From positions 74,338,001 to 74,402,000 of the forward strand of contig OZ024742.1 in NCBI GenBank assembly GCA_964016885.1: DNA of 64,000 nucleotides, given 5' to 3'. Each line of letters starts with the position of its first letter. Within the stretch, counting starts at the first letter, position 1. A program made the position numbers and the translations under genes. This stretch comes from Eledone cirrhosa (Eukaryota). The notes beneath the pieces were generated by a model, which saw only the letters and a list, made by a program, of their open reading frames with translations, ran no database searches and had not been told where the DNA came from. This document shows, piece after piece, positions 33,006 through 45,600 of this stretch.

Positions 33006-36000
33006 TTTCTTTATTGGCCACAAGGGCTGACATCAAGAAAAACATTACAGACGGCACAGGACGGTACAGGTCGGTACGATGTGGGTTTTGTGCGTGTAAA
33101 GATTTTTATTATTTATATAAGAAAAATGGTGGTGGATTGGCAGTATCGGTAGAGGGTCGGACGCTATGCTTTGACGCATAGAGTTACGGCCCTTGCCATT
33201 CTGAGTTCAAATCCCGCCGAGGTTAACTTTGCCTTTCATCCTTACGGGGTTGATAAAATAAAGTACCAGCAATGCACTGGGTAATTGCTAGCCTTGTGCC
33301 AAAAGTAGAAACAATTATTTATATAAGAAAAGAAAAAGAAAAAGACATAGAAACATATATATATATATATATATAAACAATAAAAATGAAAATTCAAACA
33401 ATGAAAAATTCCCCAATAGGGGGAAACCTCCGAGGATTACTCGTGGCGAAAACCACACAAAAGACAACGGCCACCCTGACCACCAGGGCAAGCGCCCTCT
33501 CTCAATTTTTCCATTTCTCAAACTACAGGCGTATATTCAGAGCGGTCTCGTTCACTCAGACCATTCTCGCTACATTCACCCACCTTTCAACAACTTGCTA
33601 GAAGGCAGCACTTGCCTCTCCACCCTGATTTTCCTCTTCAAGTGAAACTTGAAAAAGTTAATCAGGGATTCGCCGAAGAGGAATGTGTCTGTCTTTAACC
33701 CTTTCAACCTTGTCCACCACACAATCTCTTTCGCCATGGCCACCAGGCAGATGAAAACCGCCTGCCCTTCCTCCTCGAAGGAAGACGGCGAGACATCTGC
33801 ACAATGGACTCAGTCGATAAGCGGATCAGTCCCACAGACGACAGCAACTGTTCGACATAGCTCCACAAGTCAGCAATGCTCGGGCACTGAACGAGTGAGT
33901 GCGTGCACGACGATTTCGTCGCTCTGCGCGCATCTCGCACAGTCTCGGCTGACGGCAGTTCGGTGCTTGTAGGGCTTATCTCGAACCGGCAACGCTCCCC
34001 GATAGCACTGCCAGGCAGGGATTTTTGGAAGTTATCCATAGGCCCTGGGCTGAAAGTTCTCCGGAAGAGAGCAAACAGCTGATCTTCTTCGACGCCCAGG
34101 ATCTCTACAAGAACGTCGTCGCTCTTCCCTTCCACTAGTCCTCTATAGAACGCCGAGGTGGATGTTCCACCGATACTGGTGCCCAGCTGGCAGAGAGCGG
34201 TGAGCGCCTGGAGACATTCCAGTTTCCAAGTGCTATCCCTCGGTCTTTTCCTGACCCAAGACTGCAGCTCAGTCAAGGAGACGAGCTGTGGGAAAACGTC
34301 CCTGGCGAAGGGCGACCACACCTGTTCACCGTCAAGGAAGCGCCAGAGATATCGCAGGCTCAGCGCATGTTTGCGCATCATCAACCATGGCATGCCCAGT
34401 CCTCCACGCAACGGGTGTTGACAGCAGATGGATCGTCTGACCATGGGAGCGCGTCCCTGCCACAAAAAGCGGAAGAGGAGGCGCTCCATTTTGGTGAGAG
34501 TTGGGTCACGCGGTAGCAGATGACGGACGCTATGTACGCATTCGCCACTTCCGCCCGGACTTTCAGGGACAGCTTCCTCTCGGCCGATTTCTGTGTGATG
34601 GAGGCCACCCTGCTCATCACCTCGCTCCAGTTTTTCTCCATCTGGAGGTCCGGTCCGAACCAGACACCGAGCAATTTAACCGGTCCGTCCGTCCAACGCC
34701 CCACGACGCTGTCGGACGGCATGGACTTGCCTCTCCAGGTGCCGAGCTGCAAGCCCACCGCCTTTTGTTGGTTAACTTTGCTCCTGTCACCGCTTCGTAT
34801 TCCTTGAGAGCGGTGTCGAGCATCTGGACGTATTTGGTGCTCGAGACCACCACAGTGACGTCATCGGTGTAAGCCGACTCGGATTTCCCGCATCCTAATT
34901 CGCGTGGGACGCCCCTCATCGACCCCAGTTTGAGAGCCAATACACACAAGAGTGACGAGAGGGGACAACCGTGGCGGACCGAGCGCATGATGCTGAACGG
35001 TTACGACAGGTGACCGTTCACCCTCACAACTGAGCAGATGTCGCTGTACATCGCAGCGATCCAACCCCTGAAAATGGGCCCGAAACCGGCTGTCTCGAGG
35101 ACCGCCGCCAGGTATCGATGGTCGACCCTATCGAATGCTTTGGATTGATCCAAGTTGATCAGGGCCCCACCCGTGCCAGGTTCCTTAACCACCCTCTCTA
35201 CGATGTATCGCATGAGGTGGAGGTTGTCGTGTATGGATCTGTCCGGAATGGCGCATGTCTGCGCCTCTTCCACCAGACCCTCGACGACAAGCGCCAACCT
35301 CGGTGCTAACACCTTGGCCAAAATCTTGAACTCTGCGTTTAGCAGGATTATGGGCCTGAAATGATCGATAACATCTCCGTTGTTCGGGTCTTTTCTCAGC
35401 AGCGCCACCGCTCCCCGTCTCACAAAACTGGGAATGCTCCCGTCCTGCTGCCAGTTGGAGTAGACGTCTGCCAAGAGTTCACCAAACAAGTCTGGCATAA
35501 ATGCATAAAGCTCGAAGGGCAGACCATCCAAACCTGGCGATTTACCCCTCGTGCAGTTAGCCATCGCTTCCCGTATTTCACCGGCTGTTATTGGCTTTTC
35601 GCAACACTGTGCTGCGGTTGTCGAGAGCCGAGGCAGTCCATCGAGGTATGCACTGAAGTCCATACCCCGATCCGGCCAGCCGCTGCTCCCAAACAGTTCA
35701 GCAAAGTGCTGCTGAAAAGCCTCACGTCTGCTCGGGTTCGAGCAACACGCGCCTGTTTTGGTCAGACAAAGACCGAATTGTGGACTTGTTGCCACGTCGC
35801 GCCTCTGCCACCCGGGCCCATTGGACGGATTTTGTCCCCTCGTGTTCCAGAACACGCGCTCTAGCTCTGACAGCACAGCCTTCGTGTTTTGCGTTGAAGA
35901 ATTGGTCGAGTGCCAATCTCGCCGCAAGATCGTCGGTTGCGACCTGTCCTAAACGCCTCTTCTAGCTTTCTGACTAGCTCTCCTTCTACTCTATTTTCCA

Positions 36001-36869
36001 CTATCACTAGTCCTTTGCTAAACCTAATCGACTCTACTTTAATTGCCCTTTTCAAGGCGAACAACCACTTGTTGTTGACGACCGCTCCCGTCAACGCCCG
36101 CTTAACTAATACGCTAATCCGATCTCTGTAGGCTTTGCGAGCCGAGAAAGACGCGTTCAGCTTCCAGTGACCGGGTCCTTGTCTATGAAGTCTGTCTATG
36201 TCAATCTCACAGATCACATATTTGTGGTCTGAGTAGTCGACTATTTTAAATTGTGGACTACTTATACTAGCCTTATCTAGTTCTCTGCAGAATACCCTAT
36301 CGAGATACGATCTGGATGACCCGATGCGGTTTGTCCATGTCCACATTGGCACATTCGGGTAATCCAGTCGATACCTGTCAAACAGTTCAAAACGTCTGAG
36401 CAGGTTGGTGAGGCTCTTGCACCCTCCTCCCCTATCCACTATCTCCACACAATCCCAGCGTGCATCCAAGATACCGTTCCAGTCGCCCACTAACACTAAA
36501 GAGCGAGACGTTCCAAGAAAGGTCTCTAGACGTCTGAAGAAATCTGGCCGTCCTAGCCTTCGCTGCTGGCCATGTCCAGCACCACCGACTTACCTTCTGG
36601 GTCCAGGAAGATGGCGAGATCCAAGCCTCTCCGAACCCCTCCCCCCGATCGTGGACGGCTGGGAGATGTGAATACATCGTAGCCGCCGAAGATCGGTGCG
36701 AAGGCTCGTACTTCGGAGATTCTTGTCTCGCTGATGGCCATCACATCTATGTTTAGTGACCTGAGGTCGTTGAGCAGGTGGCCCTGCTTCCAAGATGACC
36801 CAAGGTCACTGCATTTATACTGGCTATTCTAAGTACGGCCATGTAGGATGAGAAACGGGGTAAGTGAGA

Positions 36870-36870
<1 letters not shown>
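33006..36870 (-). mobile_element. Tx1-E: decayed Tx1 subfamily, truncated just upstream of the ORF2 start
   Basis: ORF2 pieces from MAVLRIASINA (36842) to the 3'UTR; (AAT)n on both sides. Confidence 0.9.
33126..33313 (+). mobile_element. SINE inserted in the Tx1-E 3'UTR with 18-bp TSD
   Basis: attatttatataagaaaa at 33108-33125 and 33314-33331; A/B boxes on plus. Confidence 0.88.
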
Positions 36871-36920
<50 letters not shown>

Positions 36921-36921
<1 letters not shown>

Positions 36922-39900
36922 TAAGGGAAGAAGACGCACGAGGTGACGGAGGTCATGAAATCGCTCCCGTAAGTTTTGAATTTTTAACATATTTAAACCA
37001 TTTGTGAAATAACAACTCTTAGCACAAATGCTACGTAAAGCACCCGGCTTGAGCCCCAAAAAATTCGGACCCAAAATATATTGTTATAAGGCTCAAATAT
37101 TCAAATATTCAACTTTGTATTGTACACTGTATATCCCCCCCCCAAAATGGCTATAAATGGAAGAAGAACCCCTCCCCTCCTCTCCTCTGGCTACACTATA
37201 TAGGACAGCTAAACTCACCAACACCAGAAACTAGATACACCACCCACCCCATCATCTGTGTACACTAAACACAACAGCCAGATAACGACACATTTTCACC
37301 TTCACCGCCACCGCTCACTACGGCCATCATTGCCACCACTATCCCATCACCGCCGCCACCACCCCTTGACTCCGCTACAGCACCATCACTACAGTGATAC
37401 GGTCACATCACCGCCACCACTGCCTCGGTATCGACATCACCACCACCACTGTCTCAGTATCGCTAACGCCGCCAGTCTCCCACTTCCCTGCTGGCTGCTA
37501 CTTCCACATTATAGAATTCCTACTACTAACAAAGAGGAAGGCATCAAAATATATAGATAGACCCAAAAGAAAAAAGAAAAAACAAACAACAAAACCAAAG
37601 CAGCACAGCAACAACAGCAAAAAAACGAGAAAAACAAACAGAGAAAAACAAAAACAAAAAAAAAGAAACCCCAAAAACGTAAAGAAAATAAGAATGAAGA
37701 GAGAAGCAGGCGGACGGACAAAGAGGGGGGAAAAAGTAAAACTTAAAAAACTAAAACTAAGTCAGACATTCGAACACTACATTACAATGAAACTTATGCT
37801 TATTCATTTCTGGGGCCCTTTCTGCCTGTGTGTTTGTTTGTTTATGTGTGTTCGTATACAGCGTGGTGATAATGCCACACAAGGGCCAAGTGGGATGGCG
37901 GATCCACAGATGGCTATGTAAACATACATTCGCCAATCCTCGATAAGAGTGTTTAAATATCGAACATAAACAGTTCGAATAACGGTGAAATGGAGACTAG
38001 AACGTCATGTGACAGACTCTCACCCAACAGGTGCCCCCTGGCTCAGCAGCAGGAACCTGACTGTCAACCAAATACTGCTGATGTTGGAGGAAGGAGAAGA
38101 AGGAAAGGGGCCAGAACCAACTGGACGAAAGAATTGAATAGAACTGTTATGCAATGCTACCTGAAAAGTAACCCCAAGGAGAGGGGCTACAGGAGACGGA
38201 TGCATAACATCTGGAACGAGATTGGTTTATTTAAATTAGATGAACAAAAATTGGCCGGGCAGGCTCGGGTAATAAGAACTAATGGGTGGATAAGCGAGCT
38301 GGAACTGGAGGAACTGAGCAGAGAGAATGGCTTGGAGATGGCGGGTGTAGTATGCCAGACAAGCGAGCCGGTGGGAAATGAAGGTGAGGAGGTCCTGAGA
38401 ACGGAGGAACCACCCGAAGCAGACAATGATCTGAGTACTGAGATAAATAATACCTGGAACAGAGATACGGCCACTGAGGAGATGAATGCTGACGGGCTAG
38501 GACAAGATTCGGTTGACATCCTAAATTTAGTGGTAGATGAATTGAACAATGATAGTGGGAGACCTATGAACCTAAGATTTGTAGACAGGAAAAAGTTAAA
38601 AGAAACAACAGCTAAGGTAAACAAAGTCACCCCATACCTTGAGGCGAGGAGCCTTCACCAGTGCAACAATATCCTCAGAGCAACAGCAAATTCGGTGAGG
38701 AAACTACTTGGTATAAAAGCGAGAGGAAACAACAGACAAGAAAGAGCAGAGCCGTGGTGGAAGAAGCGACTGAGTGGGCAAATCGGGGAAATGAGAAATG
38801 ACATAGGAAAGCTTGAGTCACTACTGAATGGGACACTAAAAAACATAGGCACTAAAAATAGACTGGAAATAGACTAAAAATAGACTGGAAATAAAATACA
38901 AAACTAGTAAAAAGCTAAATATTATCATAGAGGAATTGAAGCAACGCATTGTAGCAAAGAGTGCAAAAATCAGGCGATACGAGAACAGAGTCAGTCAGTA
39001 TAAACAGAACCGCATGTTCGACAACAACCAGAACATGCTGTTTGGACAGCTTGAGGGCAAAGAAAGAGGCAACGACTTGATCCCTGGGGCGGAGCAAACT
39101 AAAACATTCTGGAGAGGAATATGGGAGCAGGATGTTAGACACAATGACCAGGCAGGGTGGATTGAGACAGTACAGAGGGAGATCGGTTAGCAGGCACAGC
39201 AACAGACTGATTTGAGTATCACAGTTGAAACTCTTAAGGGACAAGCCAAAAAACTAACCAACTGGAAATCACCAGGCCCAGATGGTGTGCAGGGGTATTG
39301 GATTAAACATCTAACATCCCTCCACCCGAAGCTGACGGCCATGTTCAATGACTGCTTGGTGTCGGGTGAGGTGCCAGAGTGGTTGACAAAAGGTACCACA
39401 GTTCTGATAATGAAAGACCGAATCAAGGGTAATGATGCTACCAACTATAGACCTATCACATGTCTGCCCGTAATGTGGAAACTGTTGACGAGCATTGTGT
39501 CTGAGGAAATCTACCATCACCTCCACACAAACAACTTGTTACCGGACGAACAGAAAGGATGCCGAAAGAAGTCACGTGGTACAAAGGACCAGTTGCTTAT
39601 TGATAAGATGGTAATGGGGAATTGCAGGAGGAGACACACTGATCTTGCCATGGGATGGATAGACTACAGAAAGGCATTTGACATGGTGCCTCATTCCTGG
39701 ATCACCAAAAGCCTGGAGATCTTCAGGGTGGCGGATAACATCAGACAGTTGCTAGGCAGGAGTATGGGGTCCTGGGAGACAGAGTTGACATCAACTGGAG
39801 TATCCTTGGGAAGCGTGAAGATCAAGAGAGGTATCTTCCAGGGAGATAGCCTGTCCCCTCTGTTGTTTGTCCTTGCCCTGATGCCCTTGACCATTATGCT

Positions 39901-41510
39901 GCGAAAAGTGAGAGCAGGATACAAGTTGGGAAGGGGAGAGCTTACCATCAATCACCTCCTCTTCATGGACGATCTTAAGCTCTTCGGGAAAAGTGAGAAG
40001 GAGTTGGATGTGCTTGTTGACACTGTCCGTATTTTCAGCAGTGATATATGTATGCAGTTTGGTATTGGTAAATGTGGAGTCATTATGATGAAGAGGGGTA
40101 GGTTGAGCAGAAGTAACGGGATCCAGATACCAACAGGTGAGATGATAAAGGAAATTGACTCTGAGGAAGGATACAAGTATTTGGGCGTTCTGGAGGCTGA
40201 TGGCATAAAGAACAAAAAAATGAAGGAATTGTTAAGAACTGAATACATTCGGAGAGTAAGGAGCGTATTGAAGTCACATCTGAACAGCAGAAATGCCATA
40301 AGCGCAGTAAATTCCCGAGCTGTGTCTATTATTAGGTACAGTGCTGGAATTCTGAGATGGAATGTTGCTGAACAGAAAGAAATGGATAGGAAGACTAGGA
40401 AGCTATTGACTATCTACAACATGTTCCACAAGAGGAGTGATGTCGATAGACTCTACCTAAGGAGATCTGAGGGTGGAAGAGGTCTTATCAGCATAGAGGA
40501 CTGTGTTCAGATGGAGAAAAACAACCTATACAAATACGTGACCTATAGTAAGGAGCCAATGCTCAGAGTTGTACTGAAGGAGGGGACAGTAGGCCAGGGG
40601 ATGTCCAGGGAGGAAATAACATCAAGGAGGAAGAGCAGCCTTAAGGGAAAACCCCTTCATAGTACCTTCTTTGAGAAAACTGAATTTAGAGATCCACAGA
40701 CATGGAACTGGTTGAGAAGAGGAGACCTCAAAAAGGCTACAGAAGGAATGCTAATGGCTGCGCAGGAGCAGGCCCTCAAAACGAAGTGGTTGAAGCACCA
40801 TATCTACAAGGAGGAGGCCAGCCCACTGTGCAGGATCTGTGGAGAGAGAGAGGAGACTGTGGCTCACATTGTGTCCGAGTGTAAACACCTAGCCCAGACC
40901 CACTATAAGGGCTGGAGACACGATGTGATGGGCAGGGTGATCCACTGGCACCTGTGCAAAGTAAACAATCTACCACATTCTGAGAAATGGTATGAGCATA
41001 GGCCAGAGGCGGTGATGGAGAACAATCAGGTGAAGGTGCTGTGGGATTTTAGGATACAGACGGACAAAAAACTGGAACACAATAGACCTGACCTGGTGGT
41101 TGTGGACAAAGAAAAAAGATCGTGCCTGATTGTGGATGTGGCCTGCCCGTTCGACACGAGAGTGCAAGAGAAGGAGAGGGAGAAAATTAACCGATACCAG
41201 GACCTAAAGTGGGAGGTGAAAAGGATTTGGAACTGCCATGAAGTCAAAGTGATCCCGATTGTCATAGGCGCACTGGGGACTATCTCCCAAAGTTTCCAGG
41301 GATGGTTAAAGAAAATCGGCCCCTTCACGCTTTTTGGAACGCTTCAAAAGGCATGCTTGCTTGGAACAGCAAGAACCCTCCGATACGTCCTGAATATCTG
41401 AGGCTGCAGGTAGTGGCTTGATATTCAATCCAACGGACTTTCCAGTTAACCAACATCAATGACTGAGATTCAAGGAATAACAATAACAATAATAATAATA
41501 ATAATAATAA
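36921..41510 (+). mobile_element. Dong-2: full-length R4/Dong-like element, ORF disrupted
   Basis: ~1.07-kb 5' region, ORF 37990-41401 broken by a short tandem duplication (~38857-38893) and a stop near 39188; near-identical to Dong-4; (AAT)n on both sides. Confidence 0.93.
37787..37921 (+). CDS. Candidate 44-aa hydrophobic upstream ORF of Dong-2
   Basis: MKLMLIHFWGPFCLCVCLFMCVRIQRGDNATQGPSGMADPQMAM*, the 3' part of ORF 37394-37921. Confidence 0.45.
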   Translation: MKLMLIHFWGPFCLCVCLFMCVRIQRGDNATQGPSGMADPQMAM

Positions 41511-42655
41511 AACCTGTTGAAAAGCATGAGAGAAGTAAGAAGCTTCATTCTATCTTGAAGGAGAGCAAAAAATATGCTACTGATCTCATACTTGATACCC
41601 AGGCTGGACAGACTAAAGAAACTGTTTCAACTGATGCTGCTAGGCTCATAAAATCACTGGCAAAAGCAAAAGGGCAAGGACAATTAGCATCAAATTGAGA
41701 GCAGAAACCTCTGCATGGCAAATATGTGGCCCGTAGCAAACAAGCTGATGTTGACCAAAAGCACATCCATCAGTGGCTACGCAGTTCAGGGCTAAAGGCG
41801 GAGAGTGAAGGCTTCATCTTAGCTACCCGAGATCAAAGCTTATTGACTCGTAATTACCAGGCCAATGTGATGAGAAACGGAATAAACCCAAAGTGCCCAT
41901 TCTGCAATGCTGAGGTTGAAACAGTGGATCACATAGTCTCTGGATGTAAAGTTTTAGCACTAGTAGAATACAAATATAGACATGACAGAGTTGGCCAATA
42001 TCTACACTGGGTAATATGTCGGCATTACAAAATCAAAGGTGAAGACAAGTGGTACAATCATCACCCTGAGGCTGTAACTGAAGGAGAAAAAGTAACAATT
42101 CTCTGGGACTTTCCTGTACATACTGACAGAACCATAAAAGCAAATAGACCTGACATCATTGTAAAAGATCAACATAACAAGGTCTGTTTATTGATAGATA
42201 TGAGCATCCCATTCGATCACAATATCGCAGCAAGAGAATTTGACAAGCTATAAAGATCTGCTTATTGAAATTGAGAAAATGTGGCACCTCAGGGCCGTTA
42301 CAATACCAGTGATTGTGGGAGGACTGGGAATGATCAAGAAAGGAACAGAACAATATTTGCGAATGATTCCTGGTTTACCCTCTCTGCATGAGGTTCAACA
42401 AATTGTTTTGACTGGTACTGCACACGTATTGAGAAGAGCACTATCTCTGTAAGATTGATATCCCTCCTTGTATTTACATATGCATATGCACATGTGTATA
42501 TATGTATACTGTTTTTTTTTGTTTATTTTTTTAAATTATAATCAATGTGCTGTATTAACTGGCTTACCAATGCACACTGTGAATTTATTTGCCCTAGGTG
42601 TCAGGAAGACACTCGGCATATATCTCAGAAACAATAATGAAAGAAAATAAAAACA
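41511..42655 (+). mobile_element. Dong-3: 5'-truncated R4/Dong-like element of a different family
   Basis: KPLHGKY, CPFCNAEVETVDHIVSGC, YRHD, LWDFPVHTD..NRPDIIV..IDMSIP, VIVGGLG; (AAT)n on both sides. Confidence 0.88.
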
Positions 42656-42672
42656 ATAATAATAATAATAAT

Positions 42673-45600
42673 GTTTTCTTTATTAACCACAAGGGTTTAC
42701 ATGAAGTAGACATTAAGGACAGTACAGGACAATACAGGACGGTACAAATGGGCATTTCTGCGTGTAAAAAAAACAGCGGATGAAATAAAATAACAAAGAA
42801 ATATTCCCCAGTAGGGGGGAGACTTCCGAGGGACATTTGTGGAGAAAGCCCATTAAAAGACCACAGTGGCCCTGACCACCAGGGCAAGTGCCCTCTCCCA
42901 GTTTTCCACCTTTAATTTACAGACACATACTCAGAGAAGGCCCATTCATTCAGGCCATACTTGCTTCTCTCACCCATCTTTCAACAAAATGCTGGGAAGA
43001 GAGCACTTCCCTCTCTACCCTGATTTTCCTTTTCAAATGAAATTTGAAAAAGTTAATCAGGGCATCACCGAAGAGGTAAGTGCTCGTCTTCAGCCCTTTC
43101 AAACGTGTCCACCATACTATCTCTTTCGCCATGGCCACCAGACAGATAAAAACTGCCTGCCCTTCCCGGCTAAAGGAAGGGGGCGGCGCAATCCTCACGA
43201 TGGACTCAGCTGATAGCTGGATCCGTCCTACACGTGACAGCAGGTGTTCGACATAAACCCACAAGTCAGCAATGCTCGGACACTGGACGAGTGCGTGCAG
43301 GACCGTTTCGTCGCCCTGTGCGCATCTCGGACATGCCCGGCTGACGGCACCTCCATGCCTGTAAAGTTTATCCCGAACTGGCAAAGCACCCCGGTAGCAC
43401 TGCCAGGCCAGGGATTTCTGGAAGTTGTCCATAGGCCCCGGCCCGAAAGTCCTTCCGAAGAGATTGGCTAGTTGATTTTCGTCGACGCCTAGAGTTTCTC
43501 CAAGTACGTCGTCGCTCTTCCCCTCCACTAATCCCCTATAGAACGTCAAGGTGGAGTTTCCACCGATCACATTGCCCGATTGGTCGAGGGCTGTGAGCGC
43601 CTGAAGACATTCCAGTCTCCAAGAGCTCCCTCTCGGTCTTCGCTTGACCCAGGACTGCAGCTCCGTCAAGGAGACGAGCTGGTGAAAAACGTGTCTAGCA
43701 AACGGCGACCACACCTGATCACCGTCGAGGAAGAGGTGGAGATGTCGTAGCCTGAGCGCGTGTCTGCACATCATCAGCCACGGCATGCCCAGCCCTCCAC
43801 GTAGCGGGTGTTGACAGCAGATGGACCGCCTGACCATCGGAGCGCGTCCCTTCCACAAGAAGCGAAAGAGCAAACGCTCCAGCGCAGTCAGGCGGGGCTT
43901 AGGACAAGGTACGACGGTCAGGCGGTAGTAGATGACGGACGCGATGTACGCGTTAGCCACCTCCGCTCGACCTTTCAGGGATAGCTTCCTCTCGGCCCAT
44001 TTCTGTGTGAGAGAAGCCACCCTGCTCGTCACCTTGTCCCAGTTTTTGTCCGTCTGGAGGTCTGGACCAAACCAGACCCCTAGCAATTTAACCGGTCAGT
44101 CCGTCCAGCGCCCGACGACGCTGTTGGACGGCACGGACCTGCCTCTCCAGGTGCCGAGCTGCAGGCCCACTGAATTTTCCTGGTTGATCATTGCTCCTGT
44201 CACCGCTTCGTATTCTCTTAGTGTAGTGCCGATCGCCTCGATGTGTTTGGCGTTCGACACCACTACGGTGACATCGTCGGCATATGCTGACACGGATCTT
44301 CCGCATCCTAGTTCGCGCGGGACCCCCCTCAACGTCTCCAGTTTGTGCAGTAATGGCTCGAGAGTCAATACGTACAATAGGGACGAGAGGGGACATCCTT
44401 GGCGGACCGAGCGCATGATGTTGAACGGTTCCGAAAGGTGACCGTTCACTCTCACTACAGAGCAGATGTCGCTGTGCATGGCAGCGATCCAGCCTCTGAA
44501 GACGGGCCCAAAGCCAGCCGCCCTCAGGACTGTCGCCAGGTAACGATGGTCGACCCTATCGAAGGCTTTCGACTGATCTAAATTGATCAAAGACCCACCC
44601 GTGCCAGGTTCCCTAGCTACCCTCTCTACGATGTATCGCATGAGGTGGAGGTTGTCGTGGATGGATCTGTCGGGAATGGCGCATGTCTGTGCCTCTCCCA
44701 CCAGACCACCAACGACAAGCGCCAACCTCTTTGCTAGCACCTTGGCCAAAATCTTGAACTCTGTGTTTAGCAGAGTTATGGGCCTAAAATTATCTATGTT
44801 ATCCCCCTTGTTCGGATCCTTTCTCAGCAGCGCCACCGCTCCTCGGATCACAGAGCTGGGAATTCTCCCGTTCTGTTGCCAGTTGCAGTAGACGTCCGCC
44901 AAGAGGCCTCCGAACAAGTTTGGCATTTGTACGTAAAGTTCATAGGGCAGATCATCCAAACCAGGCGTTTACCCCTTGTGCAACTAGTCATTGCATCCCG
45001 TACTTCAGCGGTTGCTATCGGCTTTTCGCAACACTCCGCCTCAGTGGCCGAAAGCCGCGGCAGTCCGTCGAGGTAGACACTAAAGTCCATCCCTCGATCC
45101 GGCCCGCCACTGCCCCCGAACAGTTGAGCGAAGTGTCGCTGAAAAGCTTCACACATTTGCCCAGGATCGAGTAGCATGCGCCCGTCGTGGTCCACCAAAG
45201 ACCGGATCGTGGCTTTGTTGCCACGACGCGCCTCCGCCACTCGGGCCCATTGAACGGCTTTCGTCCCCTCGTGTCTGAGAGCACGCACCCTAGCTCTGAC
45301 AACGCAGCCTTCGTGCTTTGCATTGAAGAATTGGTCAAGGGCCAATTTCGCCGCAAGTACGTCGGTCGCGATGCCTTTGCTAAGCGCCTCATCTAATTTT
45401 CTAACTAATTCTCCCTCTGCTCTATTTTTCTCTATTGCTAAAGTCTTACTAAACCTAATGGACTCTATTCTAATTGCTCTTTTCAGAGCAAACCACCACT
45501 TGTTGTTGACGATGGCCCCCGTCAACGCCCGCTTAACTAGTTCGCTAATCCGGTCTCTGTAGGCCTTGCGCGCTGGTAAGGACGCGTTTAGCTTCTAGTA

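Noticed and set aside
33126-33230. Functional tRNA gene
   Set aside because: A/B boxes are present but there is no clean cloverleaf; it has a SINE core/tail and a TSD.
37394-37786. Long Lys/His-rich ORF as a true ORF1 of Dong-2
   Set aside because: Low-complexity sequence; the frame upstream of ~37694 is not kept in near-identical Dong-4.
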